From Phoronis australis (taxonomy: Eukaryota; Animalia; Phoronida), in contig NMRA01000044.1 of NCBI GenBank assembly GCA_002633005.1, positions 902,074 through 966,073 of the forward strand: DNA of 64,000 bases. The letters run 5' to 3'. Of the stretch, positions 52,501 through 64,000 are shown in pieces (the first letter of the stretch is position 1; each line of letters starts with the position of its first letter). Under the pieces are notes generated by a model. That model did no database searches. It was not told where the DNA came from and saw only the letters and a list, made by a program, of their open reading frames with translations. The position numbers and the translations under genes were made by a program.

Positions 52501-54955
52501 GTTTTCATGGAACTTGGAGAAGTTTCTATGAAAGGATACTAAACCCTGTTTCGATGATTTCAACCTATATCCTCGTTCTGTCACCTGCTAATGCATCATT
52601 GGCCTCAATCTTCCAAGTTATAGACAGGAGTCAACTAAAAACTCATACTACATGTCACAGGTTGGATATTATGGTCCATGGTGGTTGGTCTTTTCCCACA
52701 GTACCATTTAATTCGCTAAGAGCGTATGTCACGCTTGTCCATTAAGCAAAATTTGAAAGGAGTCTTCAAAATTTCCTCCAATCTTTTAAGAGTTGCCGAG
52801 GGTTGCAGAGCATTATTTTGTTTCACAGAACTGGATGGAAAAGTCGTGTACACGTGTACATGTTTAGCATCTGTACATATGCCAAAACTGGGTTTGGTAC
52901 GCTGTTGAGGATGCGATCAATTCAATGTACTCTGGACTCACTGGTGTTCAGATCTTCAAAGCACTTAAAGAGCCACTATGGGATTTTACAGATGTCTTCC
53001 TATTGAGATGATCAGGATTGACAAAAATTTCGAAAGGGTACAATAACTGTGGTATTCCCATGTGACATTTTTTGTCTGTGCCTCATTATATCAGCTATGT
53101 TCCTTGATGGATACTCTTCAAATTTGGTAGATGTGTCCTAGTGAAGAAGAGTATACAGTAAATTACTTGGCATTGATTTTGGGATGAGTCCGACAACTGT
53201 GGCATCCGCTAGTGGCAATTTTGGTTTTCTTTGAGGATGGCTCTGTACCTATATTTCTTGACGTATATATTGATGAAAGCTAGTCAGCTTTGGTTGACTG
53301 AGACATAATAAGAATAAACCATACCCACACAAAAAAAATCAAAGGAATCACTGAGAGCCTTCCAGCAGCGACCCGACGTTCGTTTTATTAAGCAACCTGC
53401 AGCATTGCAGTCAGAGTTACTTTCAAAATTCATTGGAATTATTAAATGACAATTTCAGAAGTCACTATTGCGCAAATTAACTAAAGAATGAACCTACATT
53501 CAGACGAGAACATTGCTATGGCAGAACATAGGTTTTGAAAATTAAAAGTGCGTTGCAACACTCAAGTCAAGTTCCAGAGATTCACTTAAGACCACACAGA
53601 CTCTTACGCTCGTTAACCTTGTTCCTGAAGTGCTAGTTAAGTGACCCTCTGGAGACACCTGTCACGTTCCCTTTTATCTGCCTTAATTATACTTATTAAA
53701 AAGTGACTATAAACCCATATTAATCAGAAAAACTGTTGATACAGGCCACTTGTCAGCACACGTCATTAAAGTGAGGAGCAAGTCTTGATCAATTTTGTAC
53801 TGGAAAGTAGCTTAAATTAAAAGTTATATTCTTTGATGGAACATAAGTTTATAACCGTTTTGAATCACAAGGCTGACACTTTGATTTTACAACATAGTTT
53901 ATTGAAACACACTGTTCATGCATACAAACGGATGGCAATATGCACCCACATCTGTAAATATGGCTTGGTAATGTCACGAAAGTTATCACTTTTAAACCAC
54001 AAAAATTGCATCAAATAAGTCAATCGCGTAAAATGAACATGATTTGAGAATTCTCAACCCCATTGCAAACAAATATACTTTGTATCTTCATAAAATTTCA
54101 CAACTGCGACCATACAACCAAATCACCATTCCTATCCAAGGTGATACGTTAATTCTTATAAATCACAACTGTGACTACAGGACTCTTGAGATGAAATCAC
54201 CAATTTTTGACAAAAATAATTGTTAAAAATGATGCCTTTTTATTTTCCAAGGGCTTTAAACACTACTGTAAATGCCCATACTATCTCAACACATTGACCG
54301 GTGGTAAGTAAGGCACAGAACTGAAAAATGGTTCTGTCAGCATTTTTTGATGCTACTTATCTTATAGCAAGATGAACAAAATCAATTTCACTTGTATGCC
54401 ATATTGTTGCGATTTTACCATAAATAGGTCAAGTCAATGTTGTGACCTTTGAACCACAAAAAAAATAAACTATGAACCTCAACATCGAAGCAATCAATGA
54501 ACTTTACAGCGTCAATGGTATCACCATGTGTTATTGTGAACTGTTAGTAGCCGTATTAAAGAACCAAAATAAAAGGTTCCACCAAAAACATGATTTTCAA
54601 ACATAGTGCAGAGTGAGACTTAATTAAAATATGCATTAACAACAAAAATTAACTTAAGAACCTCATTAATTTTTCTAATTCTAATAGTTGCTTCAACCAT
54701 TGATTCCGCTAGCTTTCAGAGTAACGAATATTGTGGAAAGTATCGGAGACTCGCAATTGGAGTGGGTGAGTTATCTTAACCAGCTATTGTATCGCTTGCA
54801 CGATGTTACCTTCAGCTAGTTTCAAATTCATGGTTTATAAGCCCTACTTAGCTGTCCACCGTGACATGCACAAAGAGTCATGCACAGTGTCGTAATATGA
54901 TGGAATACACCAAGATATCTGTCTCTGGGCCAACTACAGGAGCACAACGCCTATT

Positions 54956-54961
54956 TTTATT
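54956..54961 (-). terminator. Candidate polyadenylation signal AATAAA for FTSJ1 (others at 54239-54244 and 53898-53903)
   Basis: AATAAA on minus strand downstream of the stop codon; site used is unknown. Confidence 0.3.
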
Positions 54962-54984
54962 CATCTCAAGTCCATCAACTGCTG

Positions 54985-55209
54985 TCAACTTTCACTCGCA
55001 ACTTTCTCTGCCCCAGAATAGTCACTACTCTGATTTTGATCACCAGACTGAAGTACATTGCCACTGCCTTCTTCTGACTGTTTGTGCGAACTTGGCCTTT
55101 CCTCTTTGGCAAGTAGTTCATTTTTCCTCATATAGCACGCTCCCTCGTACGGTGGACTGATCGGGGATTGGGTTGGGGGTAGATAGCTGTACTTCTTTCC
55201 TGGTTCCAA
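54985..55209 (-). CDS. FTSJ1: FTSJ1/TRM7 terminal coding exon: LEPGKKYSYLPPTQSPISPPYEGAC...ASES*
   Basis: atttcag acceptor; matches the FTSJ1 motif PPTQPPISPPYxxAC; TGA stop. Confidence 0.93.
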   Translation of the reverse strand: MEPGKKYSYLPPTQSPISPPYEGACYMRKNELLAKEERPSSHKQSEEGSGNVLQSGDQNQSSDYSGAEKVASES

Positions 55210-56113
55210 CTGAAATGTTACAAAGACACCAACACTTGAAGAGCTAAGCGACTAAAATTTGTTGAGAACAGTCACAATATCCCATTAGCTAAGTTAATCA
55301 ACGAGCAATTTGTTCAGTTCCTGTGACATAAGAAGAGAACTTTACGAGTCAATAATTTACTGCGATTAATAAAAGAACTGTGCTAACAAGAGTGATTTGT
55401 ATATGACATCAGTACAAACATATTGGCAATAATTATGATAAAGGTCCAACAAAGTAAACATTAAATTGAGACAACTGACTTTTACAGACGTCTGGAAAGA
55501 GGCAGGAACAAAAGAGAGTTCCATCGACAAAAAAAAATATTGCAAAGTGCGGCCACATGTTACGCTTGTAATCAATGGCAATATCTTATGAAATCTTGCA
55601 CAATCAAACATTTTCACAAGCTTCTCGCATCAACAAAACAGACGCCCTGGTCGAGTGGGGTCTGGATCTCCTACTTTGCCACTTTTACAGTGCTGTAATA
55701 GAAGACTACAAAGTGCCTGCTAAGTCGCCTCAATGTCAGAGCATTATCTGGTCATAACTTTGGATTTGCAACAGCGAGGGTAGCCTTGCCAATGATGAAA
55801 ACTGCTGTCTATCAAGGGGTAGAAACGATTACGCAGCCGCAACTGTAAATTCCAGTTCCGATTCCAAAAACCCCAGTCATGGACCACCTAACACCACACC
55901 CAAAGCCAAAATTCCCCTAAACTCCGCATATGCACAGAAAATACAAAATTCCAGAAATGTACTTGGATCGTTTCCATACCCTGCATACCAAATCCCTAGG
56001 TTCTACAATCCACCCAGTTCTAATTTAAATATTCAAAAACAACAACCGACAGGCCTACTGCCGTCTTTCAACATGGAAGCTTTTAGAGAAGGAAAAGTTA
56101 AAGGTCAATTCAC

Positions 56114-56217
56114 CTCTAGTGGGTATGTTTTGTCCGAATCATAAGCACTGAGATCTCCGCATGCAAGGAATGGTACAATGACTCGATTGGGACCTGTTAA
56201 ACTGTTGAAGTCAACAT
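56114..56217 (-). CDS. FTSJ1: FTSJ1 exon: (D)[34 protein letters not shown]
   Basis: Conserved IVPFxxCGDLSxYDSDxxYPL motif; tttttcag acceptor, GAG|gtgaat donor; phase 1-0. Confidence 0.96.
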
Positions 56218-57185
56218 CTGAAAAAAGTAAAAAATGTCAACATTAAACAAAGCGACAATGAACAATTTAGAATGCAGTGCTAGACAAATCTAAAAAATCA
56301 TATGCTGTGGTATTTGTCGTTCTCTTAAACTACGGTACCTGTTCTCTATAATATACCATTTCTTGTGAATTCGTAGTCATATTTCCTAAGCTTTGGTGTG
56401 CTTACTGTAAGCACATTTTCTGTCTTGTCTACAGCACTTATACATGAATTGTTACGATGGCAGGCAAATCGTTTGAATGAAAAGGCAGATTAGCCACCTT
56501 AAGAGTACATTAAGCACTTGCCGTGACACCTATTTAATAGCATATTAACATTATGGAAAAGTGTTAATATCCTGGCCAATCAAGTGGGATCACCTTAATA
56601 GGCAAACAGAGCCTAATAGAAGTTATATCAGAAAGCAGATCTGCCGCCAGATTAGATGCAGATAGTACAAAGGGAGCACATATGTCTATCAACATTCATT
56701 TGTAAAATGTTTACAGATTTGCCTTCTGAATAGATGACCTGTGTATTATACATATGAACTGAAACACTAAAGGTTTGCCTGTACTCCACCACCGTGATTC
56801 ATACTAAATTTCTTCGTGACTGCACATATTTCAATTTTTTTAACATTACTCTAGCCAAAGATGTCACTGCACCTCAATTCCTATCTCACAGTTCATACCC
56901 CTTGTAGCTACTCTATACAAATTCAGAGAGCAAGTACTTAATATGTAAACAAACACCGTACCAATCATTCACAAAATACCTACAAGTTTGTTTTTAGAAG
57001 TAAGAACTTCTAATTGGCACCAGGAAATTTGAGTCATCTGAGTACAGAACGATTGGATAACTGCGTTACAGCAGCGTGCATTCTAAATCAAAAGTTTGTT
57101 TATATGCTAGAATGCTGTTTTACACAGCTTTCAGCTAAGATACGATTTGAGTGCGTCCAAGTTACACGAGTTCTACTCAACTCAC

Positions 57186-57269
57186 CATAGCGGTGATCCA
57201 GCAGTGGGTTAGACATGTTGGGTACATAACCGGGTGGAGGCGAGTAGTCCTGACACACAACAAATGACT
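57186..57269 (-). CDS. FTSJ1: FTSJ1 exon: (E)[27 protein letters not shown]
   Basis: Completes the catalytic SIE motif; tttttcag acceptor, G|gtgagt donor; phase 1-1. Confidence 0.96.
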
Positions 57270-58024
57270 CTGAAAAAGTAGCGTGAATAGACAGAAATGG
57301 TGTTGAGATGTGAGGATACATTTGATAAGCAAAATGTGACTACAAATCACTACTTACGATAAAAACCCTTCAGTTAAGGGCCCAATATGGCACACAAGAG
57401 AATTTTGTTTCGTCAAATGTCTCAGCAAAAATGAACAGTACAAAAATCTTACATGTTGTAAGCATGGCTTTTGCAATTAACTTAAAAAATTGGAAAGGGC
57501 AATTTCAGTAACTGATTTTGCAGAAATTGAAGAACTTTTGTCATATTCAAATCCTAACAGGAATTCCTCAGCTCAATTATGAGTAGCGCCATGCCGTTTG
57601 CAAGGAAATCAAATATGTCTGTCTGCAGTTAGTTGTCAGTTGAGTTTCCGCGCGAAAGGGAGTAGAACACAATAATATAGCTGGTTGTCCAGATATCTGA
57701 GGTCTGTTGCATGAAAAGTGACTTGATGGACAGAAAGTTGGTCATACACTCCTACTTCCCAATTGGTGAATAAAGTTTTAGTCAAGTTATTTCAAGCATA
57801 TCACAGTTTAGAAATAATTTATGAAAATTATCTCAGCAATTAGCACTTAGGTCAATATTCTCAGAAACTTCACATTCTTGCTAAAGTGACTCTCAATTGT
57901 TTTCCAGATATAGTTGTGTGGAGTGTAACACACGGTCTTCAGTCAATTTTCATGGAACAGAACTCAGAACACAGTATGAACTTGGAGGGTTTGCAACCAA
58001 AAGTTACTTTTACACAAAGCATAG

Positions 58025-58240
58025 CAGTGGCGGATTTAGGGGGGGAGGACCATGCCCCCCCCCCCTAAAATTCTCCGAATACCATTTGGAAGTTTGGGGT
58101 GAGAATTGCTGAGTAGCATACACATGCACCCAGGGGGTTCGGGGGTCGAATGCTCAATGCATAAGCCTTGAACAAACCCCGTAACCTTTTTTGTCACAAG
58201 GTTCACAAACCCAAAAATTTGAGACCCCTGGATCCCTTAT
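58025..58240. mobile_element. Degenerate hAT-like MITE
   Basis: CAGTGGCGGATTTAGGGGGGG...CCCCCC left end typical of hAT MITEs; right end decayed (CCCCTGGATCC). Confidence 0.4.
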
Positions 58241-58258
58241 TACATGAAGTTGACCTAC

Positions 58259-58361
58259 CTATACTAGAATTCCTGCTACTCCTGGGCTTGGCTATGGTGA
58301 CGAGGGGAAAGAATATTTTCAACTGTGAGTACAACAATGTCACGTCTTTACCGCGGAAAAT
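58259..58361 (-). CDS. FTSJ1: FTSJ1 exon: [34 protein letters not shown]
   Basis: Diagnostic IFRG and [11 protein letters not shown] motifs; ttttgcag acceptor, G|gtaggt donor; phase 0-1. Confidence 0.97.
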
Positions 58362-58769
58362 CTGCAAAATTAAATGACATAGAATTGCAGGAGTAATAAA
58401 AACGCTGACTTAAAGTGATCTTGCAAGAAAATCAGTTTCTGTAAAAAAAATTAGAAATACAAGAAGCGATAAACAAGTATGAAAAATGTGATCCATTATA
58501 GCTTAGGATTCACAGGTCTATGTACACAATGCACAAAATCTACAACGAACACTGTGTCTCTGTTATCAATTTCTGCTAAACTGGTATGACTTGAGGATTT
58601 CAGTTACAAAACTATGTAGAAGATTGTGGAAGGAGTTGATCTCTCTGTGGCCCAATCCAAAAACCTAAAATAATTCCTCATAAAACCTTACAAAAAACAC
58701 ACACCATGTTCATTCTAGACAAGGCTGGAACTAGTCTCAAAAGAATTTTCATTCTGATGTTAAGGAATT

Positions 58770-60752
58770 CCTTAAACGAGATCCTAGACAAATGTCCAAA
58801 TTTGACTAAGTTCAGAGCATCATATCACAAAAATGGCTGACCAGATTCGTATGAAACTTTATGACTGTGCTTTAAGCATAGTTCTCCAAAATGCTTTTAC
58901 AAATTGTTTTTAAATTGAATCGCATTTGCTTGAGGGGCTATCAAAAACTGGGCATTTATAATTTCGATTTCATCTTAAACATTTCCATCAAACTAATTTT
59001 GGTTACATTCTTGATACTGTTGTTTTGCTATCATGATCATAGTACTTTTCATTTTTTGATAAAACTTGTGTTTGTATCGATCAATAAATGCCTGCAATTC
59101 GAGATCAGCCAATCAACATATTACCAGACAGTGTTTGAGGGTGTTCTAATTTGACAACTGCTCGACTGGTGGGTTTTTTTTTTTTTTTTTGGTATAAAAT
59201 TGGCCATATTAAGCCATTAAAGCACTTTTTACCACGTTCAGAAAGTTACACACAACCAATTTTTTGGCTGTGTAGGACCTTACTGGCAAGCAGCAACGAC
59301 TGCTTCCCAGGGTTTACATGCTGCATAACAACACTGTATTCCATATATACAAGAATCTTGTAAAAACCCCGAGTCACGCAAGTCTTCATGAGATATTGCC
59401 ATGTACCAACAGCAAAGCTCAAGATCACACTACTAGTAGCTTATCTTGTGAGTGTCTTGCATCTACGGAACATAATCTATTAGTTCATTATTTCTAACAG
59501 TACGGAAAGTGTCAAACAATAAGTCTGTGTTTATTGTTTTCATTTACGGAGTCAAGAGACTAAAAAAGAGATGGCGACAATATACAACAAATTTGGAAAT
59601 GTCGATTTCCCTTGCTTGACTGTTGTATAGAACGAAATTAACGTGAATCTCAGAATTACAAACTTCCTACAAAACCAACAGCTAGATAGCAGCTCCTAAA
59701 CATGCTATCTTCTGCCATGTCTTAGAGGCATGACGAAGTGCTGCATTCCCCTGCTATGAAACACAGGTCTAAAAATCAAGGGGAGGTCCTCAAGCCAATT
59801 ACGCGTATTTAAAAACAAAATTTTAGCAACATCGTGTAGACCTTTTGCCCGCATCACCACTTTGGGAAAATAACCACGGAATCTTTTGTTACTTCAAATG
59901 CAAGAATTAACTTAGAAATTGGGCAGAATAAAAACCATGCACTGCTTGTAATTTCTACATCAAGACAAGTGAATTGCGTGCATTTTGGGAGCTTATGTTA
60001 GCATTCATGGAAATATGTGTGGTGCTTTCAAGAACCAAGACTTGATTGTAATAGCAGGCATGTAACCAAACACGAGCTCTTAAAAGTGAATACTACAAAA
60101 TTGGGGTTTAGCTGAATGTGGGATTTAATGCAGACGAGTATGGTAATTGTATCTTTCAAGGCATTTTAGAAATCTAGAATTTCGTCCTAACGTCCTTCAA
60201 CTCTGAATGTCTCAAATTACCATTGCACAGCTATAAGTTCTAAAATGCAGGACCTTATTGACAAGTCTATACATTTAGCTAAAAATCTAAAAAACTAACA
60301 GAATTTAACTCAAAAACAGTATTTATTTCTGAAAGCAGAAATTATGCATAATTTATACCAATCTGTCATTAATACGCTCAAGTGACCATGCTTTTTGGTA
60401 AAGTTTAGAAATTAAAAAGAAAGATACAGGATCAGTAACATGACCAAATTTTGCCTGATATAAATGTTCAAGATAAAAAATTGAAAATGCTGTAGTTAGT
60501 TTTCCAAATTATTGTTTTGTTTTCGCTTCATGCACCCCTAAAGTTTTTTGATAAAAACCATACATCCCGTTTTCTGATAGCCCCTCATGCAAAAGTGGGA
60601 CATGTTAAAACCAATTGCTAACAGTGTGTTGCAGAACAGTGCATAAAGCATAATATCTAAAAGTTTCATGCGAGTCTGTTCAGCCACATCGGAGATATGA
60701 CATTACGAAGTTGGCCAAAACTGAATATTTTTCTAGGTTCCTACATAATCTT
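58770..60752. mobile_element. Kolobok-like element, or two inverted copies, inside an FTSJ1 intron
   Basis: 58780-58955 is a diverged reverse complement of 60565-60740 (GAGGGGCTATCA / TGATAGCCCCTC); same family as 40314-42249. Confidence 0.5.
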
Positions 60753-61714
60753 AGGTGAACTGCCAGGGTTTCTCAGGTTACAAATTTCCCTTTTGCCCTT
60801 ATTACATTCAGTATAAGGAAACTGTTGCTTCAACATTTCTGGAAACAGACAACCTTCCCGGTAATACAATCTCCACCAGTTTCGGTTCTTGTACTATAAA
60901 AAGCACTTTATGATAACTGACGACTCATAGACAACCATCAATGATTTATCATCCAAGGAAATGCCGTCACTCACTACAGTCACTCTGATTGTAGTTTGCT
61001 ATGAAAAATTTTTGATCTCAGGCAAATCGTATATGATATAAATGGCTCCGCCTTCAGTCATTTTGGGGTCTGCAAATCAACATGACCTCAGTGAAAGTCA
61101 CGATAAACACCAAAGAGGCCATGGTTGCAACCACATCTGCTTTTGGTACACTAAAGTCTTTACGAATTGGTCAACGACCCAAAATCAATTGATCAATAAC
61201 CAATTTGAACTAATCAAAGGAATTGATCAGCTATATATGAATCCACCAATATTAACACTTTAAAGCATTTTAAAGGGTACTAGCAATGTACCAGAAAATA
61301 CTCCGAAATATGAGTACCAGAAACTGATTTTACTTGGAAATTGAGAATTTTTTTATTCCACGAATTTTAAAGCTGTTTTACAAGGCATGCCACAGTTGGA
61401 TGTTGCGTCTAGCTGGACATAAATTAACAGATCAGTCGCCGAGTTTTCTACAGTGCACAAATAATGCATTAAACAATGAAGAAGAGCTCATTCTGTGAAC
61501 ACAAATTTAAAGCTGTATGCGAGTCGGTCATAGTATCCATAATTAGTTTATGTGGCATTTTCCTAACTTCCTACCCTGCAAAACAAACTTTGAGTTGGCC
61601 CAAACCTTTTCCCAGGTGTTTGTATAAATTTCAAAATGTTTTTGGGCCACCACGTATAAACTCAAGTTACCAAAACTGATCATTCAAAAGTTTCCTGCAT
61701 TATTGACGACCTAC

Positions 61715-61768
61715 CTTGGCAACAAACGTTCCTCCAGGCTTCAGCACATGTGTAGTGATGTTCAGCGC
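61715..61768 (-). CDS. FTSJ1: FTSJ1 exon: ALNITTHVLKPGGTFVAK; upstream exons not found within the window
   Basis: RrmJ/FtsJ motif LKPGGxFVAK with catalytic Lys; ttattag acceptor, AAG|gtaggt donor; phase 0-0. Confidence 0.97.
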
Positions 61769-64000
61769 CTAATAACAACAAAGCAATACAATCCAGTAAC
61801 AAGTGCGGATGAAAGAACTAGAAACCATTCTTCGGTGATTTCATGAACAACAGCCATATCAGCTCAGCATCACTTAAGTTCCTACAGAATATATGTCCAA
61901 GCGCATTTACACCAAATAAGTAATGACTTTTCACAGAATAGCATTTTCACGCTCCTAACTGCTCACTAATTTCTCTGTCATTACTGGTCATGACAGATAC
62001 CTGCCAGGACCATGAATTTCTCGGTGGTGTTTTTATTGTTTGTCCAACTATTCCAATTCGGTCAACAATATGTGGGCTTCACCCACTCGAGAAGTCAACT
62101 AATGAAATTATTGCATGTTTTTGAGCTGAGGACCATCACATCTGTACTTCTTCTCCATTCACAACTTAAAAGTGAAATCAAGAACTTGTTACCTTCAAAG
62201 AAGCCTATCAAACAGACATTTTCCTATAATACAACATGTTGAAACAAACTACGTAGCTAGATAGCGGTAATTGAAAGCATCAGCCTAGTCCCCAAGCCTC
62301 AAGATGGCACTGAATGGTTTAGCCATTTGAGGGTTGGTGAGGAGAAATCTACTTACCCGATTTCTGACATTTTTATGGAATTTGCCAGAATATCACGAGA
62401 AATAAAAGGTTATATCAACTTTAAAATTTGCTGCAGTATAACACAAAATCAAAACTAGCAGTGTATATATGTGTGGAGACTTGCTCTGTTACATATGCAG
62501 CAATTTAGGTCTACATTATGACAAAAATGGTGTATTTTGATTCAAAAAACAGAATAACTTCTATGGTGCCATCAATATAACAGAATCCAAAATAAGTACG
62601 CGAACAACTTTTATTTCAAACAATAAACCTAAAAGAATGTCTTTGCTTCAAAATCACAAATGGCAGCAACAACGCCTGTGAAAATAACTAAAATCTGCCC
62701 TTGAAAAATGTTTAATTTCTGGAAAATTTCTCAAATTTATCACATCAAAGAAGTATGGACAAGAATTCTAAAGAACTGTTACTTAAGTATTCAGACATTC
62801 ACGTGTCTGAAGGTTTCTCGTGTCGGTCTTGTTAGCAGTGAATGTCAATCAGCGCAGAAGAGATATCTCCTCACCAAACCTAAAAATGGCTAAACCAATC
62901 AGCTCCACCTTCAGGAGTGGAGATGATCCTGTTGAGAGTATTTAAATGGCAACATTCAGTGCCACCTACAGTTCACTTGTATTTTGAATAGAGATTTAAT
63001 ACAATATGGTTTCTCAGCTTTTTTGTAAATCACCATACTCTGAAACTGCCATTGCAATGTGATTAAGACATTTGAATGATTCATGCCAAAAAGTATGACA
63101 GCACAAAATGTCTGTGAACAAAAGAAATTGGGTTTTGTCTCAGTCAAGTCTACTGCTCTTTTACCCCAGAATCTGAAATCAAGTCAAGCAACAATCCCTT
63201 TTGTGTCCTCACAATTCTTAAGCACAGTCAGACATTTGCAGTAATGGAATTGATGGTTTTCACCTCAATGTTTACAAAAGAATATTCTGAAATTTCGCAA
63301 TTGTACAACAAAATTAATTTTTTTCTATATGGATGTCAAGAACTCAAAACCCAAATGAAAATAAGGTTTTATTCGAAATAGTATCAGAATTTCTTTATAA
63401 CATTAAATCTCTTTGTGTGAGTGGATAGAAATGTATACAATGTGTATGAAAATGAATTATTTACATTCGTAATCATACATCATTGTAATCTTAATATCAG
63501 GTTTTTTTTTAATTTGTGTATTCGTGTATAATAATTGTATATAGACTTCTTTGTATTTTTTACCCAGATTTAATGCCTCTTGGCGCTTTCTGGGTTATGC
63601 ATATTCATTGTATTCTGAAGATTTCGTAATAAACATTTAATTAAAAAAAACCCTACTGTTGGAATTGACAGATCACATCAAGACTTAATTGACGGGATCA
63701 GCCATATAGATTATCTGGTGTTTGACTCATCATTTCCTGGAAATCCTTTGTGGCAACGGAAATTAATCGTGATAAGGAAAGTGTCCTAGTTTTAATTTAA
63801 ATTTTCCCCGTGAACAGAAGTCCATTGTAAGGTTATGTAGGACTTCCTCACCAAGTCCGTGCATTCAGCAAAGTACCTACAAAAGGTTTGAATTTAACTC
63901 TAGCAAGTAAAAGTATTCATAAACAGACATTTTAGAAGCTGGACATTTTTGTGTGAAATGTTTAAATATATCCTATAGCACAGCAGTGGGAACATGACGG

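Overview
AT-rich, intron-rich eukaryotic (animal) genomic DNA; the repeat content resembles marine invertebrate deuterostomes, but the species cannot be established from sequence alone. Two minus-strand genes can be built from GT-AG exons with consistent phases. (1) The last five coding exons of FTSJ1/TRM7, the tRNA C32/G34 2'-O-methyltransferase (61768 down to stop at 54985). (2) A long gene of unrecognised product running from about 50.8 kb to beyond the left edge. It has a seven-exon shared body (13831 to 581) and up to four candidate alternative N-terminal modules, all ending in phase-0 donors, and is interspersed with RFX X-box-like palindromes, which suggests a ciliary gene. 37817-45182 and 45184-50391 are two near-identical copies joined at single Ns, most likely uncollapsed haplotypes. 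Comparing them exposes a filled and an empty site for a 401-bp Harbinger-like MITE. Introns carry many non-autonomous DNA transposons (TA-, TTAA- and 3-bp-TSD types, plus HINE-like elements) and minisatellites. No rRNA, tRNA, CRISPR array or intact transposase was seen. Most entries in the six-frame ORF track are spurious.
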